Source of the DNA: Marsupella aquatica
Taxonomy: Eukaryota > Plantae > Marchantiophyta
Direction: 5' to 3'
Assembly (NCBI GenBank): GCA_973895155.1
Contig: OZ316898.1
Location: forward strand, 12,737,659-12,801,658
DNA: 64,000 bases
Translations under genes and position numbers: made by a program
In this document: piece after piece, positions 25,231 through 38,265 of the stretch
Position numbering within the stretch: the first letter of the stretch is position 1
How the letters are laid out: each line of letters begins with the position of its first letter
Notes under the pieces: generated by a model
Told to the model about the DNA's origin: nothing
Databases searched by the model: none
Seen by the model: the letters and a program-made list of their open reading frames with translations, nothing else

Positions 25231-26759
25231 CATTTGAGTGTTTTTCTGTGCTTGTAGTTTATGTTGCTTTAGTCTAACGACTGCGCAGCGAATCTCCAAA
25301 TGGTCACAGAAATTCGGTTCATAATTCTTGTCCACGGCTATTGCGCATTTAGCTCTGCCTTCGCTGGCTAATTTGGTTTAAGCCCGCAGATATGTGTGCT
25401 ACAATTCGACGTAGGACTTCGTCCGGAAATGGCCCGTGCACCGAAGTAGCCCAGTCACCCAGTGAGTAATCATCCTTCCTTGAAGATCCACAGTATCTTG
25501 CGAACATAAGCAATCCAGTACTCGTTTCCCGAAATATTGGCCAAAACGAATAGGAATCAACGGGTACCGTCTCTTAGAGATGTTCTTGAACGGTGTATCA
25601 TCTTTCTTCTTGTGAGATTTGCAGCTTTGCCTTGTAATTAGTGCGTGAAGGAGTTCAATCGTTGCCAAGAGGCGGAATTGCAGGAGGCAAATGCTGTGAT
25701 TTCCTTAGTAACATCATTCTGCGAGGGAAGAGACTCTTACTGTATCTACTTAGATTTCGATTAATAAGGTCGGCAAAGAGTGAGGATTTTGTCCTCCCAG
25801 AGCTTCGGGGACAGTGGCTGCTTACTGCATGTTTGCCAGGATTGCTGCACTGGAATCTCTCCCACCAAACCCATGCAGACCACTCCACAGATTTGAGTTC
25901 ACCCGTGAGAGTAGAGATGAGGTTGGGTGTAAAAGCGGATTCGATGCAATCATTCTGACGCCTATAATCAATATCCTGGTTACTTCATTATTTTCTAGTA
26001 TGCAGTCTGATGAGAGTCCTACAGTCGCAATCTATATGCTAAGTAAAGGGCCCCCAAACTCTACTGCGACAAATTGACATAAGGGACTCCTGTATTCCAC
26101 TCGCTTCCTTCATTCATTAAAGCCAGGATTCCAGGAAGCTCTCGTCCATGGCTCCATGCAATGTCACGTCGAGTGTGCAAATTTGTCACCCTACGATCTT
26201 CTACTCCAATAATTGAACGCACTACTGGGCCATCCGTAAGATCGCTGTAGAAGTCGACGAAAAGGTTAGGTCATGAAGAATTAATTTATTGGTTTCCTGA
26301 GAATCCGAGCTCTTGTATACGAGAGCACTTACGGAAGTATTCCCATCCTACCCTCACTAATGGCTTTAGTTCCTTCAGGAGGCCTTCATCTAAGCTTTTG
26401 GACTTTATTATCCAAACTAATATATCAATTTTCCACTTCGAGGCAAAAAAACGAATCCGAGCTCATCGTGCACTTCTACTGGCTCGATCAATTTAGTTAC
26501 TTCTGGTCGTTGTTGATAATATGAGAGCGAGAGGGAGAGGCAATCAATTCTGCAGTCACATTATGTTTTACCTTGAAGATTCCGCTTTATTTCAACTAAG
26601 TGGGACACCATACAGAGTGGGAGGCTAGTAGAGGGAGAGCAGTGGCATTATTCTATTCGGCGAAGGGGTTTATCAGGGGAATTGAGAGTTGATGCAAATA
26701 CTGTGCTTTACTGCACTGTGTTTTTATTATCTACGTCTTTTCCGGTGGATCAATGTCGA

Positions 26760-27022
26760 TCAATTTGGATGCCCATAATTTGTGACCAAATCTGCTCTGT
26801 CACAAACCTGGTCTACAAAGTTACTACCCGTCACGTCTAGCACTTTCTGATCTGTCATGTCGGATTCGGATGCAGTCGGTGTGTCTAGCCAAGTCACACT
26901 TGATGGATTCAAAGCTAAGAGGCGACATACCACGCCCAATAGTCCTATGGTTGCAATGATTCCAGACAAGCTGAAGAGAGCAGCCAAGCTTTCGCCGTCC
27001 AGTGCGATCTTTGAGCACGATA
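26760..27022 (-). pseudogene. Inositol/sugar-porter gene fragment, copy B
   Basis: VLKDRTGRRKL frameshifts into ALFSLSGIIATIGLLGVV. The DNA is similar to 23205-23305. Confidence 0.7.
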
Positions 27023-27332
27023 GGATTGGGCAGGTCCCACACAACGCAGTAAATGCCCTTCCAGGAACCCGTCGCTCTCAATGCTTGAAATGCATGACAG
27101 TCTACTCTGTGTCCACTCATTTGGGCCACTGACTCCACTTGTGCGCTAGGTGGAATAGTCCAAAGCGGCTCACTGTCAGCACCTTCCACGCTTTCTATCA
27201 CTGTCCTCAACCTGCAGCTCGAGCACTTACTAGTAGCTCAACCTTGAGACATCGATCGAGCGACAATACTAGCTGAAGTTCGACCATGGTCCCATAGTCT
27301 GGAAGTAATTTACGAAGCATTTTCTGATCTCT

Positions 27333-27796
27333 ATGAAGAGCATGAATGGCGGGGTCAAGCATGGAACGAAGTCCCACACATCGGTGGTCTCTCTGCCGTT
27401 ACGTTTACTGTTCCTGACGGTGGTTCGATTCTGTCTAGTCGAAGTAGGAGCTAGCGAAGGCTTCGACCCAAACAGCGGGCACCCCGGTCACAGAGGATCT
27501 ATGCAGCTCTGGAGGCTGCTGGATGGATAGATAGCATTGGATATCTCAAGAAGAACCCCAGCGTGGAGGATTTTGAATCCGTGCTGTTGAAGGCCAAAGC
27601 CTCGCCTTACTGTGCGGCGTCCGGGGAGCTTTGCCTTATTGGTCATGTGAAGCAGGAACTGAGTATGGCGTTCGCCGTGCACTCCTTTACGAGCGATGCA
27701 AACGACGTGATTTTTCCTTGGCTGGACTCCCATATTCTGTCTTCGGGTGCTGAAGGATCAGATTTCCAGTCTCCCGCTCTCACTGCCACGCTTTGA
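27333..27796 (+). pseudogene. Alpha/beta-hydrolase-like pseudogene, copy B (N-terminus plus C-terminal part)
   Basis: The N-terminus is nearly identical to copy A. After a frameshifting deletion at ~27485 it reads SQRIYAALEAAGWIDSIGYLKKNP...HVKQELSMAFAVHSFTSDANDVIFPWLDSH. Confidence 0.75.
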
Positions 27797-30700
27797 GCAT
27801 TTTGCAGGCTTTGGAAATTCTAGAAATCTCTTAATCTACATCGAGAACTGTCGACAACATTTTCGATGGCTATCGCTCATTCGGCTCTAATAACGTTATC
27901 CGCTGCCCGTCTCTGCTTCAATGTGTTTCAAGCCAGCCGCTATGTTCGCTAGATCGAATTCTTCTTTCAGAGCTCATGGCAGACAGTTGGGAATCATATG
28001 GTGGTGGGAGCTCGTCGAGGGCTGATTGAGTATGAATGCCTCATTTGAAGGGTTGAAGTCTTCCAGAATATATCAAATCTCGTACTAATGATTTTTCAGA
28101 GACGGGAACAATCGACTTTCGTCTGGTTGGAGACCAAAGTCACTACGAAGCGGAATTTCATAAGTTGGTCAGTTTCAGATTCTCTCTCAGTATCCGTGGC
28201 AGGTTCAACATCTGGCAACCTTTGAGCCTTTAAATTATCTACAGAGAAAGGTTGAAAGTTGTTGGGCGTGGAATATAAAAGTCTGACGATGTACTGTTAT
28301 CATGATCGGAATCGAAACTGGCATTCGATCGATCTCTTGCTCTCTAGTACAGCTGTGGACAACGCAAACATGTCTTTGAACTCAATTAAAAGTGATTAAA
28401 ATTGTCTCTTAAAGACCGGGTAAGATGCGTCACATTAGTCAGGATGTTAGAAGTCGTTATTCCCCTGCTTTGCATCCATGCTACCTTTCATGTCAGTATA
28501 CCGATAGATTCAGCTGTCGAGTACTGGATGAAAAGAGGTTCTTTCATTGTGTAAACTTACCTATTGTACAGAATTAACTGGTCTGGGGATAATTGAATTT
28601 GAACACAAATGAATGCTTCTTCCAAACAATTTTCTAGCTCCTCGTTATCCGAGAGATTCAAGAATAAACGCAATCAGTGGGTTTCAGAAAAACGGTTTCA
28701 TTGTATCGTTTTTCTTTCGAGCTTTGCAGCTTTACCATGAAATTAGCGCGTTAAAGCAATCCAATCATTTCCAAGAGGTGGCCAGTGCACGAGGCGAGTG
28801 AAGTCTCCTACATAAATGGGTCGTCACGTAAAAAAACCGTTGTGCTCTCCAAGACTTGATGATTAAATCTTACCCCAATCCATTGTAGTACTGGCTGCAC
28901 TTGCCTCCACAGAGATTCTATATCTACTGGGGTCCGAATTTAAGACTGGACTGTTTGAAAATCAATCAGTGTTTCCCGGTGTACTTGAATGAACATCTCG
29001 ATAACTTACACTGAATCGAAACACACGAATTCAAGCTACAAGAAGAGGACTACTGCCATGACTGCAGATTTAGACAGGAAAATAAGCCACAGAATATTCT
29101 CAACATATACAGAGATCAACCTACAAGGTATCAATTGACGCGACAATTACGAAATTCCAGAAGACAGATACCTCTGCTCATAATAGCTCCTAACATCATC
29201 TGAGCGTTGGACCGAATTGATTGTCAGTCAAAATTGCAAGCTCAGAACTCGTTTCGGCCTGGTTTATTTGTACCAACCGTAGTACTAAAGAACCTATTCT
29301 TTAGGCCAGTCAAACCTACATTTCCAAATGTCCCTATTTGAAGTGAGGTCTCTTGTCTCTTCCCTTGATAACCACCCCCCTGGGTAACACGACTACTTCA
29401 GTTCCAGCTTTGCTCTAATTGAACCTTTCCAAATGTCCCCAATTGAAAGGGAGCGCTCCTTTTCCCTGATCTTCCCCCTGTACCACTACTACTATAGTTG
29501 TAATTGAGATACTGATCAATCCGTCAGCAACTAAAGTCTAGCCTACACGTAAACAATTGGGTTTCTACTTAGACTAAAAAGTGTTACGACTTCACCCGCG
29601 GTTTCCTTAGTGGGTGAGTAAATAATTAACCGAATACAGCTTCCTTTTCAAAAAATTAAAACCAAGCACAAAGAAATTGTTGCAGGCTAGCCAGTCAAAC
29701 AACCTGGCAGCAATACGCGCACAATGCTGCCCAAGGGCAATCATTCACAGACTATTTCCTACTGGCAGAACAAACTGAGGGGTGCTTCCTGACTTCCAAT
29801 CTGGGAGTGGGTGCAACTATATGGCGGGGTATAAACAGCAACTCATCGAGAAAGAAAGACCACCAGTTATGTTTCGGGTTTGAATGTGAGAACTGGATCA
29901 AAACATATGGTTGAGTCCCCAAATGACAATCCCAATACCACATTGCTTGCAGTATTGATCCCGGTATATGAGTTGCAAAAGAGATTCCAATACCAGAGTG
30001 CATTCAGGTTTGATATAAGAAAAAAGATGACATAGGAGATGCAAAGATATATTAGACTAGGACACAGTGCAAATGTCATCTGATGTTGGTACACTACACT
30101 GACAGATCGAACACCACGCAAACTTACATCCCATCCTCCCATGTAGTCTGCATTCTTTGTTGCGACAGGGTTTTATTAATTTGGGTTGTTCAATTTTGAC
30201 CAAATTATTTGGCCCAAGTGCCTTCCCGATTGCTGCACCTGCAATCTTGTAGTGTATAAGAATCGCCTGAAGGGAGGAATGATAGTTCACTTGATGGGCT
30301 GGAGGTTTGAGATTTCTCTGGAGTCAGTGACTCAATGCGTGTTGTGTGGTGAGATTTTCTCGGGCCCGCTCTACATCCATCAATTATCAGTTTCTCACAA
30401 TGAAGTAGGCCTGACTACCGGGAAGCTTTATGAGGAAGCTAACCTGAGCAAATTCAGAGGCGTTCTGGGTCTGATGGAAAGCAGTGAAGTACATGCAGCA
30501 CACCGAGAACACGATTGAAATCACACTGATTATCTTATCTGAGCAATGCGTCGCTTTCAATCTATTACTACTACGTATACGATGTCATCTGCAACAAGAC
30601 CAATTGGACCAATGTGACCAATCAGATTGAGCAATTGAAGGGTTGGTTGAACCTATGTATGGCTTCCGGGTCGCATCGTCAACAGGGCCAACTTTCCCTT

Positions 30701-33700
30701 CGAGAAATTCTCCAAAGTCATATGTTAATGTCCAACACTTCGTTTCTGAATATGAGCATTCAAGTTCGAAGCATCACGTGAATTGTACAATGGAAGGAAG
30801 GAGGCTTGGCCAGAGTGTAAAACTTGCCAATTTCCCATCTAGCCAGAGACCCCATTAGCCTACGTCAATCGAAATTCATTCTAACTGGAAAGATGCTCTT
30901 AAGGCCTACTCATTAGAGTGAAAGGTCTAGATAGGGACTAAATGAACTTGGAAGTGCAAGTGTAAAACTGGGATTGGATGCAGGATAAGTCTCTGAAGAT
31001 GTAATGACTTAGCTTAAATGTTCTCGCACGTCTGTTTATTTTAAGTATATAGCTCGATTTTAAACAACTCCTTGGTCAAAAGACTTTGTGGGTCATAATG
31101 CCCCAGCTAACGAGCTGAGGGCTTGGGTAGAATTTGGAGGGGCTATTATGGCCCACACTTAAATGTCTAGGAGAGTCTTATTTCAGTCAAGGTGAAGAAA
31201 AAGTTGGGATCCTTATTTCTATGGTGCATTCTTCCCTTACAAGAGACCAAACATTAAGAAGATAGAAATTAGTTTGAGGACCCCTTGGTTCTGTAACTTT
31301 ATTTTATTGAACTATTTGTAGCCATGAAGAGTTGCACATTGGAATAGATAAATGAGAGGACAAAGATTAAACCTATTCTAAATAAAGTGAATTTTAAAGG
31401 TAGTTAGGATAATTTCATTGAAGACAAATAAGAGTACATTCATGAAGAAAATTCTCCATGCAAAATGTTTTCCTTAGTACCTCTATGTGTATACAATAGA
31501 TGTAACATTCCACATAGTTCATGCAAAATGTTAAGTTTTTAATCTTGGGCAGGTGAGGGTATGGATAGTATAAAATATATATATTATGATGAAGGGTCAT
31601 GCATGGTTTTCTCTTTTTCTTCTTGCTTGGAAATAGTGCACACCAAACATAATTTACTTGTTGGTTATTCCTTTCACTTGTTCAGGTTTTCTTTTTTTAC
31701 ACCCAAAACAACACGTCAAATTTGAATAATGACCACGCCATTTTTTTTGGCCCAACAATGTGTAGTTTTTGATGTGCAGCAAACAATGTTTAATTGTGGG
31801 CAAGCAAGAATAACTTTGAAGAGGAGGCTCGCCAAACTAATCCTTTTCTTCACAACCATATCGCCAGTATACGTCAGTGTTGTATATCCTGCGCTTAGTA
31901 AGTTTCAAGCGAGCATCCCACTTAATGCTGAAGTGCACTTTCTTGTTAACACTTATAGATCGATAATTACTAGACTAGGTAAGTAAAGGCTCAATACAAT
32001 CATTGCATCCACTCTCACCGTCCTCACCCTGACTTGTTCACGGTTACTTTAATGCTCTCTGTTTTGTCATTGTTGGATGCTCTTTCAAAGGCCTCATTGG
32101 AACATAAACATGTCAGTGTTTGGCAGCAACCTCACAACTCGTAGGTGGCTCATGGAACACTAGCAGGGGCATTGGGAGCTCATAAAGGCCGAGTCATTCC
32201 AAAAATATATTATCTTTTGCTTTGTGTATTTTGCATGATCAACTAGAAAACGCATAGTTTTTAATCATGTTGTGGTAATTTAACCAAGATTGTTGTGCGT
32301 AGTGTATTTGGAAGGTTAGTTTTTTCCCAAATGAAGACAATATGTAACTATTTTCAAAGAATCTCTACTACTACTTTTACTACGAAATAACAAGAATTTG
32401 CGCTATCCTCTTGGCTGCATGCTCCCTGTCTGTCAGTGAGGAGATGGCACAATTAAATATAATATGTTTGCCTTTACTCGTTTATAAAGCATTCATTCAA
32501 AAATAAAATAAAATGTTTTTGAGCCAGGTCGGCATGGAATCTTATAGCTGACTCGATGTTCCACCCTTTCAGTGTTCCATGGCAGTGTTGACTGTAAATA
32601 AACGGCCCTTGAGATCATGAAAGAAAATAAAACCAAAAGCCAATATTCCCACGTCTGGCATATCATGTCCATTTGATCAATGGGAGTAGTCACAGTAGTA
32701 GGCCTGATCCAAACTGACTGATACTTCGAAGAATTCTTTGAACAAAAGGTTTTTTCTTGTGAGCTCCTCTTGTGATGGTGGTAGCATTCCCCTCTTTTCC
32801 TGTTTTTGCTACCCGCCTCCTGACCTGGCTGTTTTTGGTTGGCTGACACTGATTTACTCTCGGCCTCAGGTTGTTTTGTGTCCCTTGGATCCTCTGCGTT
32901 GCCTCCGCCGCTGTGGTGCTTGGTTATTGTGTGCTCTTTTCCTGTGCCCCATTGGTGTTTGCCGCAGTGGCTTCTGGAATAAACTGGTGCTCAGCCGCAC
33001 CTTAAACGAAAACAAAAAGGCTTGCAGGCAACTAATTTGGTAAATGTTACGAGCTGTTTTCCTCTCACTGTTTTCTGTTGTTGTATTCTTGTTGAAATCA
33101 GTGTTTCCTAAATATTGGGAGGAAAGTTGATCAGCTAGCTTGGGTCTACTAGAGCTGGCTGTCTGTTGCTACCCCTTGCCCTTAAATCACCACTTCGCCT
33201 GATCAAACCTGATAATATCAGTTCTCATTATGATTAGTTATTTTCCTGCAATTGTAGAGGAGAGAATATGAGAAAAGGGGGAAGGGTTTGGATACATCCC
33301 TTTCATGATGTAGTGGTGTTTAAGCCTAATTACCATCGATAAAAATGAGGAAAATGTGTAAATGAGATGAGACAAGTCTTAATGCCCACTCTTTTCAATG
33401 TTCCTTGAAATGGTTTTTCTTTTATATAATTTTAACCGTGAAAACCCCACGGGAAGGGGGAAACAAGCAGCCCACTCTTTGAATGTTAATAAAGATGTTG
33501 CAAAATCATACATGATCATCATTTGGTCCTGAATGCCCATTCTTTGAATATTCATAGAAGTGATGACAAACCATGCATGAACAACATTTTATATACATGA
33601 CATCTCATTGTTCTTTCCATCCACGTACATGAATTGTGGTGGGCCCCATGAGTCACGGTCTATAGATTTCATTCTAGAAACCTAGACCCCAACTCTAGTT

Positions 33701-33924
33701 TCTCATTAGAATTTATTACTAAAATCTGGGAATAATATCACAATGACCTGTATGCTCAGCAAGAGGCAACAGTGATTTAACACAAAATTAACAACTAGTA
33801 TAAGTTGTGGTGTTCCTTGGTGAGAAATCAATTGAGAGTTACAACAAGAGTTAGAGCCAACTACAGACTACAGTAAATTATTACCTGAGAATTTTATGGA
33901 AAACCCTCCTCATCAAGCAGGGCT

Positions 33925-34200
33925 TATGGCATACAAAGTGAAGAACCATTGGCAAGGGCCGGAAACTTTCTAGCCCTTGAAATCCCGTCCTTTGAATTTG
34001 AGAATAAAACAAAAAAAAACATGCTGATGACACAAAACAAGGAGCAGACGAAACAGGGACACAAAATTGCTTGTAAGGTTCACACTTAGCAAAGGGAGAA
34101 GATTCCGTGGAATATCAAAATCTGTGTTTTTATAAACGGGTTTGGGATTACTAAGGGCCGAGAGCTTGAGGGCTCGGTACATGCAAATTGGCTCTTCGGA
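33925..34200. mobile_element. Diverged partial relative of the 22.2-kb MITE
   Basis: caagggccggaaactttctagcccttga (33953-33980) and taagggccg...acatgcaa (34152-34187) match the centre and right arm of 22232-22491. Confidence 0.6.
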
Positions 34201-34946
34201 TACACCCCTGACTTGGACCAATCTCCCTAATTTGTATCCTTGCAGTGAAGTTGTTATAATGCTTCTAACTCAAGACTAAGTAAAACAAAAATGTTAGAGA
34301 AACACGATAGGGCCACAAAACTTACAATTACTTTCAAGCTCAAACCTAGAATAGGGTCAAAGTTACTACAATTACTACTGACCACTTTCGAAATTTCATG
34401 GTCATGAGGACAGGTGTTGGGACCACCTGTCAAGCTCTCATCAACCATAATTATCGTCACTTTCCCCGAAAGTTCCAATGTTTGACGCTCCACGTTCCAT
34501 GGTGGCCTATACAGTGCTGGGATTCCAGGGATTAACATTTTTCTCACCCAGCCTGAGAATCTCAAGTCCCAAATGTCTAGCCACAAGGAGGCAAGAGCCC
34601 ATAATTACTATTGGGGTGTGGTGTGAACTATGTGATCTTGACACGTCCTTACAAGACAAACCTAAATAAATCAGCCCATCATAACTCCCATGGGCCAGAA
34701 TCTGATAGCAAGCTGCCCAGTGCCCACCCACTTGGAACATGTTGATTCTATTGTATGTAATGGTCCCACTGATTGACTGGATAGATTCCATGGCTTTCCC
34801 ATTCTGAGCGACCCTTCATGAGTTTGTGAGTTCTTCCTCTAATCACATTTGAGGATCAACCTGACTGAACAAACTCTCACCCAGTTTCATGAGGAGAGCA
34901 ATGAGCTCTAGACTCTGGGACTGAGCAAGTGGGAATTTCACTGCCT

Positions 34947-35228
34947 CACCGTGACCAAGCTTGCGTTTAATTTGTATTAGGGCATGTCAAACTATCACTG
35001 TAAGCAAAATCTTATGGGCCAAAACTTTTTAAATGAAAGTTCTTATTCACCATGACCAAGCTTGCGTTTCATTTGTATTAGGGCGTGTATGGGCCAAAAC
35101 CTTTGAAAATAAAAGTTCTTATCCACCATGACCAAGCTTGCGTTTCATTTGTATTAGGGTGTGTCAAACCATGGCCGTAAGCAAATTAAGTCTTATGGGC
35201 CAAAACTTTTGAAATGAAAATTCTTATG
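34947..35228. repeat. Tandem repeat, 3 copies (~101/76/105 bp; middle copy internally deleted)
   Basis: cacc(a/g)tgaccaagcttgcgttt(c/a)atttgtattaggg...tatgggccaaaac...ttcttat occurs three times. Confidence 0.92.
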
Positions 35229-36070
35229 GGTTTGTATCTAGGTAGCCCTCACTCCTTACTTGCTGGTCATAAAACAGTTCTATGGCCCTATTAGGTACAT
35301 TAGGATGATGTGCTTTTGGTACTTTGAGCATTAATTTTGCTGGCATTGCATTGGCTACGTGAGAGTTTCGACGATGGCAGCCCACAAGGAGGCTGCAATG
35401 AATTATTTCCAAAGACATGGCATTGCTCTTGAAGCCATTGATGCACTGTAGTGATATACCATGAATTGTAAAACTGGCAAAAAGCTAGAGAGTGGGAGCT
35501 TGGGAAGTCTCACATGTCAATGGATCGAGTTGTATTCAACATTTGTAGATGACATGACTATATAGCTTCACTATTTTTAACTTATTGAAAATATAAAAAA
35601 ACTAAGTTATACTATCAATTCTAAATTTATTAAAATGCAAATTTTTCATAAGATAATGGGAATATAAAGTACTTATAAAACTTGCAATTATGAAGAGCAT
35701 GGGAATTGAAGCCCATTGAAAAATCTCAATTTCTGTGCGCAGGACAGGGAGGCGCGGGCCCAGAGGAGGTACATGATTTGAACAGCATATCTTTGTGATG
35801 TAATGGTAGAGGAGTCCAGTTTGAGCCTTGAAGTCTCGAGTTCAAGTCAGACACCCAACAGTTTTTCTTTTCCCTTCAATTAATGGCAGAGAAAAGGTGG
35901 CACAGAAATAAATAAACTTAAAGGGGTTCAATCAATTTTTACATTTGAAATAATAAATGGAATATATATTAGGGGGTTCAAGTTATTCGCACATAGAAAA
36001 AATTACAAGGAAGCCAGCCATCGGAGTCCCAAAATAAGATTAAAATTATCACCAAAACAAATTGGAGTTG

Positions 36071-37491
36071 GGAGACTGAAACAGTCATGTACCATAACGG
36101 GAAGTAGTAAAAATAATGGTATGCTTTCTGGGGACCGGTAGGTCCTGGGCACAATCGGCTCACCAATGGTACTCAATTCAGCCACCCTAAAGTATGAATA
36201 GAGATTATTTGTGCAGACTGAAACAACTACAATATATCAATAAGGCGTTGAATGTGACTTAATTTCTTTGAGAACTCCAGTGGTCTCTCTAATTTCACCA
36301 AGCTAGGATGCTAGTAGTTGCACCAGCCATTTCAATTGTACATGAACTGTACATCGGGCTGTACGTCTCGCCCTGTGTTTTCTTTGGAGCTTTGGAAGTT
36401 TGCGGAAGAGAGTTTGTGGACACACTACCTTTATTAAGAGAACCTGATGACAAAGGCCAGTCACCCTTCTCCTGCTGCCTTGTCAATGGGAGCCCTCTTC
36501 TTGGCAGCAATCCCTTCAGTAGTTATATCGGTAACTTCTACTTTCCACAGGACCTTGAATGGAGGGCAACCACAAAATTCCAGCCCGCTGCTAATAATAT
36601 TGGAGGCCAAGTGGGAGGGCAAGAAAACGTTCGGTCACATTGCCCACGGGTATGTACGGTCACTCCGTCAAACAATCTCATTTCCTATGAAGGTTCATTC
36701 AACAGACTCTGAAATTCCCTCTGCTAAATAATGCATCCTGTTTGGCCACCCTGTGAATTGAAGATGTTGATTCATGTTGAATGAACTGAGAGACCGGTGA
36801 ATGTTCTGGGTGCTTTGTGTGCTGCTTTCAAAATTCCAGAGGAAGACAGAGACAGAGATCAGAACATTGCATCCAAGTTCAATCAGGACTTCTGCCCTCC
36901 AAATCTTGAACGCCATCTCTTTTGGAATTCAATGCAATCTTCAATGCAATTCTCAATCGCTGTAATTTTTTAATTCAGCCACTGTTAGAATACCATAGTT
37001 AAGTCACTAGCGTTACTTACCTAACTCTAGTTAGGAACCTTGTAACCCTTCATACCATATATATACATCCGAGGGAGAAATTGGATTACAGTTGGAGATT
37101 ATAATCGAACACGTTATCAGTACTTCTCAATCCACTGAGCAAGGCCATGGAAAATCGATCCTGCACGGCTATGGCAAATTGAATCCGCAGAGACTACGGC
37201 AAAGTGAGAGTGCAAGCCAGTAGAAGCAAAGGAGATCCATAAGGACATCGTGGATAAGAAACACACAAATCGATCGAAAGAAGGAAGGAATCGAGCGAAA
37301 GGAAAGGAAGGACCCCGATACAGAAAGGAAGCACACAAAAGAGAACAGAAGAGAAAATCGATAAGGACAGCACCTCATCTCCTCACGAAATTACTAACAG
37401 CAAGGTGCGAGAGAGGCACACAGAAGATCAAGCAGATAAGGAGACTGAAACAGTCATGTACCATAAGGGGAAGTAGGAAAAATAATGGTAT
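36071..37491. other. ~1.3-kb insert flanked by 52-bp direct repeats (50/52 identical)
   Basis: ggagactgaaacagtcatgtaccataa(c/g)gggaagtag(t/g)aaaaataatggtat at 36071-36122 and 37440-37491. Confidence 0.85.
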
Positions 37492-38124
37492 AACTCACAT
37501 TCATGTCTTCTTTGGGCCAAGGAGATAATTGACTGGGAACCTTGGGCTTGGATAGGGAAAGATTTTGCTAGGATCTCAATGGAACAACACTGATTGGGTT
37601 CAGCTTACTGGTTTTGGTTGGGCCTTAGTGGGCACTGAGTTTTGCCCTCCTTATGTGGTTTCCTTTCACTACATGCACTCTGGTGCTCTCGAGATTCTAG
37701 ATTATTTCCTGCTTTAGGCCCACAGGGCTTGACTTTGGTTGCTCTTACCTTGTTTTGGGGCCCTATATGGGCTGCTGCTTGTTTCCCCTTTGGATGGCCA
37801 GGGGGTTTTTGCGGTTTACTTTTAGATAAACAATATTTCCAAGGAAAAGAAGCATTTATATGGTTCTCACAACTAAACTCACCTAAGCATGAACACATGC
37901 TAAATTTAGCTGAGACCCGGGCTAAAATTAGAAAAACAAGGGTCATCACTCATTAGAACCAATATGTGTGATAAAGCCACCCTTCAAACTATATTTGGGA
38001 AATTTTGCTCATCCCTCAATCTCTGTGAGCATCCACACTCGCTGTTGCAACAAGCATCTGATTGGAGCCCCCAATGGTGGATCCAAGGGCTAAATATGGC
38101 TCGAGTGCTTGAGTCAGTCAAAAT

Positions 38125-38265
38125 TAGTTGAGCACAGGGGCATAAGTGAATTACCTGAGCATGGGTCTGCTTCTAAATTTAACTGAGCACAGGTTCATCA
38201 CTGAATTACCTTAAGCTGTTAAAGTAGGTGAGCATGGGTTCCCTGTACAAATTAGTAAAGCATGA
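38125..38265. repeat. Degenerate ~27-bp tandem repeat
   Basis: Recurrent tgagca(c/t)(a/g)gg...aatta(c/a)ct. Confidence 0.6.

Noticed and set aside
25399-25960. Possible NB-ARC or other gene relic between the duplicated cassettes
   Set aside because: Only a vague ICGVVCMGLVG resemblance, with no GKT P-loop or other motif.
32700-33020. LINE/SINE 3' tail (AATAAA plus A-rich end)
   Set aside because: No TSD and no upstream coding relic found.
35790-35860. tRNA gene
   Set aside because: Only A/B-box-like words, with no acceptor stem or cloverleaf. At best a SINE relic.
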